Part shown: positions 58,682 to 64,000 of the stretch, one piece after another | How the letters are laid out: every line of letters begins with the position of its first letter | How positions within the stretch are numbered: the first letter of the stretch is position 1 | Origin: Nitrospira sp. | GTDB lineage: Bacteria; Nitrospirota; Nitrospiria; Nitrospirales; Nitrospiraceae | Reading direction: 5' to 3' | Length of the DNA stretch: 64,000 nucleotides | NCBI GenBank assembly: GCA_036984305.1 | Contig: BQWY01000002.1 | Location: 24,151-88,150, forward strand | The notes under the pieces: model-generated | What the model saw: the letters and a program-made list of their open reading frames with translations, nothing else | Databases searched by the model: none | Told to the model about the DNA's origin: nothing | Position numbers and translations under genes: made by a program

Positions 58682-58900
58682 CTACCCTTTACCCTTCCGC
58701 GCGCGAGTATCCTTGAGCGCAGCTTCCCGTCGTACGGTCTTGACACGCGCCAAGTCCCGTCTCGTATTTCGCAATTGCATGGGATTTTCTAGCCGCCCGG
58801 TGGCCAGTTGAAACCGGTGATTGAACTGCTCTTGATAGAGCTGTCGCTCCTTCTCCTTCAGTTCTTCGTCCGTCAAGCCACGTAGATCCTTCACGTCCAT
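58682..58900 (-). CDS. rpmC: 50S ribosomal protein L29
   Basis: LRGLTDEELKEKERQLYQEQFNHRFQLATGRLENP is canonical. Confidence 0.93.
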   Translation of the reverse strand: MDVKDLRGLTDEELKEKERQLYQEQFNHRFQLATGRLENPMQLRNTRRDLARVKTVRREAALKDTRARKGKG

Positions 58901-58909
58901 GACAGGCTC

Positions 58910-59329
58910 CTACGCTTCAAGCGAGCCACGCACCACGATCTTCGTGGCAACTGGCAGTTTATGGGCCGCCAACCGCAAGGCTTCGGTGGCGACATCTGCC
59001 GTAACCCCATCCATCTCGTAGAGAATGCGGCCCGGCTTCACCACGGCCACCCAGTACTCGGGATTGCCCTTTCCCTTTCCCATGCGAGTCTCGGCAGGCT
59101 TCTTGGTAATTGGCTTGTCAGGGAAGATGCGAGTCCACACCTGCCCGCCTCGTTTGACGCACCTGGTGATGGCAATGCGTGCGGCCTCGATCTGCCGGCT
59201 CGTAACCCATCCGGGCTCAAGGGCCTTGAGCCCATACTCTCCCAGCGTGAGCGAGGAGCCGCGGTAGGCCTTCCCGCGCATTCTGCCCTTCTGCATCTTT
59301 CTAAATTTGACCTTCTTTGGCGCTAACAC
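58910..59329 (-). CDS. rplP: 50S ribosomal protein L16
   Basis: GTG 59329 gives (M)[18 protein letters not shown], which is canonical. The longer ORF overlaps rpsC. Confidence 0.93.
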   Translation of the reverse strand: MLAPKKVKFRKMQKGRMRGKAYRGSSLTLGEYGLKALEPGWVTSRQIEAARIAITRCVKRGGQVWTRIFPDKPITKKPAETRMGKGKGNPEYWVAVVKPGRILYEMDGVTADVATEALRLAAHKLPVATKIVVRGSLEA

Positions 59330-59339
59330 GTCATCCTCT

Positions 59340-60026
59340 CTAAAGAGCCATCCCTCGACCCTCAGGATGGCCGAATCCCAATTCCGCCTTACCGGACTGT
59401 CGCGGGTTGAGTTCGCCCTTATAGATCCACGTTTTGACTCCGATTTGTCCCATCGTGGTCTTCGCTTCGGCAAATCCGTAATCGATGTCAGCCCTCAAGG
59501 TATGCAGGGGCACGCGGCCCTCTCGGTACCACTCGGTTCTGGCGATCTCAGCTCCTGCGAGTCGACCAGCACAGGTAATCTTGATACCCTGCGCACCAAG
59601 CCGTAGCGCCGCGGCAACACTGCGCTTCATAGCGCGCCGAAATGCCACACGCTTCTCCAATTGAGTCGCGATATTTTCGCTGACCAATTGAGCATCAAGT
59701 TCCGGTTTCTTAATCTCCTTGACGTTAATGTAAACCTGTCCCCCGTATTGCTTCTCGACCGCGGCCTTGAGCTTGTCGACTTCCGCGCCTTTTCGACCGA
59801 TGATGATCCCCGGACGAGCCGTGTGAATAATGATGCGCGTCTGATCACCGGACCGCTCAATCTCCACCTTCGCAACGCCCGCATGATACAATCGATCCTT
59901 GACCATCCGCTTGATGCGAATGTCCTGATGCAACAACTTGGCGTACTCCTTGGACGCATACCACCGGGATGTCCACGTAGTGCTGTATCCAAGACGAAAC
60001 CCGTACGGATGTGATTTTTGCCCCAT
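59340..60026 (-). CDS. rpsC: 30S ribosomal protein S3
   Basis: [24 protein letters not shown] is canonical. Confidence 0.96.
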   Translation of the reverse strand: MGQKSHPYGFRLGYSTTWTSRWYASKEYAKLLHQDIRIKRMVKDRLYHAGVAKVEIERSGDQTRIIIHTARPGIIIGRKGAEVDKLKAAVEKQYGGQVYINVKEIKKPELDAQLVSENIATQLEKRVAFRRAMKRSVAAALRLGAQGIKITCAGRLAGAEIARTEWYREGRVPLHTLRADIDYGFAEAKTTMGQIGVKTWIYKGELNPRQSGKAELGFGHPEGRGMAL

Positions 60027-60063
60027 AGATCCTCAGCCGAAACGGCTAAACTCCCTTGTAAGG

Positions 60064-60426
60064 CTACGCGTCGGCAGCCTGTCCAGACTGGTTCGCGGTT
60101 CCCACAACAATTGTGATGTGACTGGTTCTCTTATGGATGGAATTCGCCCGGCCCATCGATCGGGCGCGAAAGCGCTTGAGAATAGGCCCCCCATCCACAA
60201 AGGCCTTCGCCACAACGAGTTGTTCAGGGTCGTCCATGTTTTTTTGTTCGGCGTTAGCCACAGCCGACCGCAGAATTTTCTCGATCATATGCGCGGCAGC
60301 GCGCGGTGTATGCTTCAATATCGCAAGGGCCAAAGGCACCTGTTTTCCACGAATCATGTTGACGACAGGCCGCGCCTTCCGTGGTGAAACCCTGGCATAC
60401 CTGAGCATTGCTTGAGCTTGAGCCAT
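60064..60426 (-). CDS. rplV: 50S ribosomal protein L22
   Basis: [19 protein letters not shown]...SHITIVV is canonical. Confidence 0.95.
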   Translation of the reverse strand: MAQAQAMLRYARVSPRKARPVVNMIRGKQVPLALAILKHTPRAAAHMIEKILRSAVANAEQKNMDDPEQLVVAKAFVDGGPILKRFRARSMGRANSIHKRTSHITIVVGTANQSGQAADA

Positions 60427-60513
60427 CGTTGTCTCGTCTTCCCGTTCAAATCCAACGTGAAGGGCAGAACTTCATGTACGCCAGAAGGTCCGCCTTGCAC
60501 GTCGCAATAGCAC

Positions 60514-60801
60514 CTATTTCAGCGCGACCGCCTTTTCACTCTTGGCCTGACCGTGCCCCTTGAAGAAGCGCGTTGCGGCAAACTCCCCCAGTTTGTGTCC
60601 GACCATATTCTCGGTCACATACACAGGGATAAACTTCTTCCCATTGTGTACAGCAAAAGTATGACCAATCATGTCCGGTACGACCGTCGATCGGCGAGAC
60701 CAAGTCTTGATCAGTTTCTTATCGCGCGCTTGGTTCATCTGCTCAACCTTCTTGAGCAGATGATCATCGACGAATGCACCCTTACTTATCGAGCGCGGCA
60801 T
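60514..60801 (-). CDS. rpsS: 30S ribosomal protein S19
   Basis: ATG 60801. [19 protein letters not shown]...[23 protein letters not shown] is canonical. Confidence 0.95.
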   Translation of the reverse strand: MPRSISKGAFVDDHLLKKVEQMNQARDKKLIKTWSRRSTVVPDMIGHTFAVHNGKKFIPVYVTENMVGHKLGEFAATRFFKGHGQAKSEKAVALK

Positions 60802-60811
60802 ACCTTCTCCT

Positions 60812-61642
60812 CTACTTCTTCTTTCCTCGCGAGATAATGAATTTATCCGTGCGCTTGTTCTGCCTGGTTTTGTAGCCCTTGGTCGGTTGCCCCCAAGGCG
60901 AGACCGGATGAGGATTGCCCTGGCCGGATTTCCCCTCACCACCGCCGTGGGGATGGTCGACCGGATTCATGACAACACCACGCACATGTGGGCGACGTCC
61001 CATCCATCGCTTCCGCCCGGCCTTCCCCACGCTAATATTCTCGTGGTCCAGGTTGCCCACCTGACCGACCGTCGCCATACACGCGCCCAGTACTTTTCGC
61101 ATTTCCCCAGACTTCAGACGCAGCTGTACATAGATACCGTCGCGCCCCATCACCTGGGCGCTTCCTCCGGCGCTCCGGATCAACTGCCCGCCCTTACCCG
61201 GCTTGAGCTCGATATTGTGGACGGTCGTACCGAGAGGCATGTTCATCAGCGGCAGGGCATTCCCCGTACGGATTTCAACTTCAGACCCAGACTCAACAAT
61301 CTGCCCGATCGATATTCCGTCGGGGGCCAGAACATAGCGTTTTTCTCCATCTCGATAGTGCAGGAGCGCAATGCGCGCCGAGCGATTCGGATCGTATTCA
61401 AGCGCAGCTACCTTGGCGGGAATACCAAACTTGTCACGGCGAAAGTCAATCTTCCTGTACAGCCGCTTATGCCCCGCCCCACGAAATCGAACAGTTTGTT
61501 CCCCATATCCGTTGCGCCCACCGGTACGCAGGTTGAATGAGGTGAGGCTCTTTTCCGGTCGCTTCTTTGTCAATCCCTCGCCGGTCACCGCACTCATGCC
61601 GCGACGCGCAGCCGAAGTTGGTCGATAGTTTTTGAGTCCCAT
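60812..61642 (-). CDS. rplB: 50S ribosomal protein L2
   Basis: 276 aa. [23 protein letters not shown] is canonical. Confidence 0.97.
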   Translation of the reverse strand: MGLKNYRPTSAARRGMSAVTGEGLTKKRPEKSLTSFNLRTGGRNGYGEQTVRFRGAGHKRLYRKIDFRRDKFGIPAKVAALEYDPNRSARIALLHYRDGEKRYVLAPDGISIGQIVESGSEVEIRTGNALPLMNMPLGTTVHNIELKPGKGGQLIRSAGGSAQVMGRDGIYVQLRLKSGEMRKVLGACMATVGQVGNLDHENISVGKAGRKRWMGRRPHVRGVVMNPVDHPHGGGEGKSGQGNPHPVSPWGQPTKGYKTRQNKRTDKFIISRGKKK

Positions 61643-61667
61643 AAATTTACGCTCGATTCGTCGATCC

Positions 61668-61961
61668 CTACACCGTCTCGTAGAGCTCCAACTTCTCGCC
61701 TTTCTTCAGAGTCACAAGGGCCTTTTTCCAGTCCGGCTTCTTCCCGCCGAATCTGCCAAGTCGCTTGAATTTGCCCATGACGTTCATCAGATTCACGCGG
61801 TCAACTTTGACCTTGAGCATCTCCTCGACGGCGCGCTTCACTTGAATCCGATTGGCTTTGGCGGCCACCACAAACGCAACCGTGTTCTGACTCTCCCTCA
61901 AAGCCGTCACCTTCTCAGTGAGCAGTGGGCGCAGCAGGATTCGACCATTTTCAATGCTCAT
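61668..61961 (-). CDS. rplW: 50S ribosomal protein L23
   Basis: ATG 61961 overlaps the rplD stop (ATGA). [11 protein letters not shown]...AFVV is canonical. Confidence 0.92.
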   Translation of the reverse strand: MSIENGRILLRPLLTEKVTALRESQNTVAFVVAAKANRIQVKRAVEEMLKVKVDRVNLMNVMGKFKRLGRFGGKKPDWKKALVTLKKGEKLELYETV

Positions 61962-62584
61962 ACCCAAATCTCCTGCAACCGCTCAAGCGCCGGTTGAGCA
62001 ATCACCAGCGACCGATACTTCAACAGATCGTAGACATTCACCTGCTCCGGCGTCACAACTTTCACACCGGACAGATTTTTCGCCGCACGACGGATGACAT
62101 CAACGCCTGCGGCCGACGGAATGATCAGCACGGATTGCGTGACGCCCAACTGCAGCAGAAGCTTTTCCAGCGTCCCAGTCTTGCCACCCGCATCCCCAAG
62201 ATCGGAGACCACCACAAGCTCGCCTGCCGACAACTTGGCCGACAAAGCGGTCTGGATTGCCCGATGATATTTGCCCTTGGGAATGGAAAATCCGTACGAG
62301 CGCGGCTTGGGGCCGAAAACCGACCCACCGTGACGCCATATGGGCGACCTCACTGAGCCCGCTCGTGCTCGCCCGGTGTGCTTTTGTTTCCAGGGCTTCT
62401 TCCCAGATCCTCTGACTTCACCCCTGCGAAGAGTGGAGGCCGTCCCCTGTCGCTCTCCAGCCCGCTGCATCACAACGGCCTCATGCACGAGCGGACCGTT
62501 CGGTGTTCGCGAGAACACTTCGGATGAGAGTTCGGCGGTCGAGACCTTCCGATTTGTGCTATCCACGACATCAACGCTCGGCAC
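61958..62584 (-). CDS. rplD: 50S ribosomal protein L4
   Basis: GSGKKPWKQKHTGRARAGSVRSPIWRHGG is canonical. Confidence 0.96.
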   Translation of the reverse strand: MPSVDVVDSTNRKVSTAELSSEVFSRTPNGPLVHEAVVMQRAGERQGTASTLRRGEVRGSGKKPWKQKHTGRARAGSVRSPIWRHGGSVFGPKPRSYGFSIPKGKYHRAIQTALSAKLSAGELVVVSDLGDAGGKTGTLEKLLLQLGVTQSVLIIPSAAGVDVIRRAAKNLSGVKVVTPEQVNVYDLLKYRSLVIAQPALERLQEIWV

Positions 62585-62587
62585 GAC

Positions 62588-63211
62588 TTACCCCTTTTTC
62601 GACTTTCTCACGACCACAATGCCGTTTTCCGAACCGGGAATCGAACCGCGGACAAACAAGAGGTTCTCGTCGGGCCGCGCCTCCACGACCTTTAACCGCT
62701 GGGCAGTGACCCGGTCGCTCCCCAAATGCCCCGGCAGGGCCTTGTTCTTCCAAACTCGAGATGGGAACGAACTGCTGCCGATGGATCCAGGATGCCGGTG
62801 AAACATTGATCCGTGCGTTTCCGGTCCTCCCCCATAGTGATGCCGCTTCACGACGCCCTGAAACCCTTTGCCCTTGGATACGCCGATCACATCTACAAAC
62901 TCACCGGGCTTAAAAACGTCGGCCTTCACGACTTGACCGAGAGACACCTCACCCATCTTCTTGAACTCTCGCAGATGTCGCTGCGGTGCACCCTGAGAGG
63001 CCTTGAAATGTCCACGTTCCGCCTTCGACAAGCGGTCAGCCTTGACGTCCCCAAACGACAGCTGCACGGCCTCGTACCCATCGCGATCCGCAGTCTTCAC
63101 TTGAACGACCCGGCAAGGACCTGCCTCAATCACCGTCACAGGAATGAGAGTATTCCCATCGCCGTAAATCTGCGTCATCCCCAGCTTCCTACCGATCAAT
63201 CCGTTCGTCAC
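62588..63211 (-). CDS. rplC: 50S ribosomal protein L3
   Basis: [13 protein letters not shown]...[12 protein letters not shown] is canonical. GTG start. Confidence 0.96.
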   Translation of the reverse strand: MTNGLIGRKLGMTQIYGDGNTLIPVTVIEAGPCRVVQVKTADRDGYEAVQLSFGDVKADRLSKAERGHFKASQGAPQRHLREFKKMGEVSLGQVVKADVFKPGEFVDVIGVSKGKGFQGVVKRHHYGGGPETHGSMFHRHPGSIGSSSFPSRVWKNKALPGHLGSDRVTAQRLKVVEARPDENLLFVRGSIPGSENGIVVVRKSKKG

Positions 63212-63248
63212 AACCGCTCCAGTCTCTGTTCAGCTGCCATCCTCAGGC

Positions 63249-63563
63249 TTACAACTTGATTTCGACGTCCACTCCGGCCGCAAGATTCAGCTTCATCAGC
63301 GAATCCATCGTTTCCGGGGTAGGCTCCATAATGTCGAGCAAACGTTTGTGGGTCCGCACTTCAAATTGCTCACGAGACTTCTTATCGCAGTGCGTCGCCC
63401 GCTGTACCGTGACCCGCTCGATACGCGTCGGCAAGGGAATGGGTCCCACGACCTTGGCACCACTACGCTTGACAGTCTCCACAATCTCAGCCACTGACTG
63501 ATCGAGCACACGGTAGTCGAACCCCCGCAGCCGAATTCTAATTCGCTGATCTACTCTGACCAC
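63249..63563 (-). CDS. rpsJ: 30S ribosomal protein S10
   Basis: [17 protein letters not shown]...GPIPLPT is canonical. GTG start. Confidence 0.96.
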   Translation of the reverse strand: MVRVDQRIRIRLRGFDYRVLDQSVAEIVETVKRSGAKVVGPIPLPTRIERVTVQRATHCDKKSREQFEVRTHKRLLDIMEPTPETMDSLMKLNLAAGVDVEIKL

Positions 63564-63594
63564 GCTATTCCCCTTGCCCGTCAGCCCTTGTTAA

Positions 63595-64000
63595 CTACGC
63601 CAGAATTTCGGTGACGACGCCGGAGCCGACCGTTTTGCCGCCCTCGCGAACCGCAAAGCGCAACCCCACGTCCATCGCGATCGGCGAAATCAGCTCCGCC
63701 GTCAGACTCACGTTGTCCCCCGGCATCACCATCTCCACCCCCGGATTCAACTGCACCACCCCCGTCACATCCGTCGTCCGGAAATAGAACTGCGGCCGAT
63801 ACCCATTGAAAAACGGCGTGTGCCGCCCACCCTCTTCCTTCGTCAGGACGTACACCTCCGCCTTGAACTTCGTATGCGGCGTGATGCTGCCCCCCTTGGC
63901 CAACACCATCCCCCGCTCCACTTCTTCCTTCTTCGTGCCGCGCAGCAACACCCCGATGTTGTCCCCCGCCTGCCCCTCGTCGAGCACCTTGCGGAACATC
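63595..64000 (-). CDS. tuf: elongation factor Tu, 3' part (the 5' end lies beyond the window)
   Basis: C-terminal EF-Tu sequence ...[23 protein letters not shown]...[20 protein letters not shown]. The frame is open to base 64000. Confidence 0.96.
   Translation of the reverse strand, partial: MFRKVLDEGQAGDNIGVLLRGTKKEEVERGMVLAKGGSITPHTKFKAEVYVLTKEEGGRHTPFFNGYRPQFYFRTTDVTGVVQLNPGVEMVMPGDNVSLTAELISPIAMDVGLRFAVREGGKTVGSGVVTEILA

Overview
The window is a high-GC bacterial chromosome segment with almost every gene on the minus strand. The gene content points to a Nitrospira-like nitrite oxidiser, but that is an inference and I could not run a database search. Content supporting it: cyanase, urease plus urtABCDE, three Amt paralogues, and an octaheme cytochrome c next to a Rieske/cytochrome b pair.

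Gene map:
- 1-1448: a 5'-partial hypothetical gene and rnhA (plus strand).
- 1531-35534: a roughly 34-kb same-strand nitrogen-assimilation supercluster that reads, 5'->3' on the minus strand, as three units behind a regulator gene.
  - Regulator: a GAF-GAF-ANTAR gene.
  - Unit 1: porin-urtABCDE-lipoprotein-ureABCFGD.
  - Unit 2: nadE-amt-glnK-glnD-glnA.
  - Unit 3: NrtA/CynA-type ABC transporter-cynS-amt-small ORF-amt-Rieske-cytochrome b-octaheme cytochrome c-CBS protein.
- 35542-42351: aroB and pilMNOPQ.
- 42560-47592: rapZ-hpf-rpoN-lptBAC.
- 47750-64000: the alpha/spc/S10 ribosomal protein operons, ending in the 3' part of tuf.

I found no rRNA, tRNA, CRISPR array or mobile element.

Main finding: each of the three nitrogen units is preceded, on the minus strand, by an intrinsic terminator (GC-rich hairpin plus a U9 or U5-AG-U4 tract). 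The 5' arm of each terminator is overlapped by a small GGAC-N6-GUCC hairpin. Most of its hexaloops carry A at position 1 and G at position 4. In three of the four cases a second hexaloop hairpin with A1/G4 lies upstream. This is the architecture known for ANTAR antiterminator targets, and a GAF-GAF-ANTAR gene sits at the head of the cluster. I propose an ANTAR-controlled riboregulon covering urea, cyanate and ammonium uptake, urease, GS/PII/GlnD, NAD synthetase and the octaheme cytochrome module. It is untested.

Secondary observations:
- The Rieske protein of the octaheme module has CTDLGC in place of the canonical CxHxGC box, and its cytochrome b has PPWY in place of PEWY.
- A 68-aa ORF is translationally coupled to an amt gene, directly behind a terminator-like structure.
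- The urease cluster lacks ureE, and its UreG has a His-rich N-terminus.
- A 550-nt non-coding gap lies between pilQ and aroB, where aroK normally sits.
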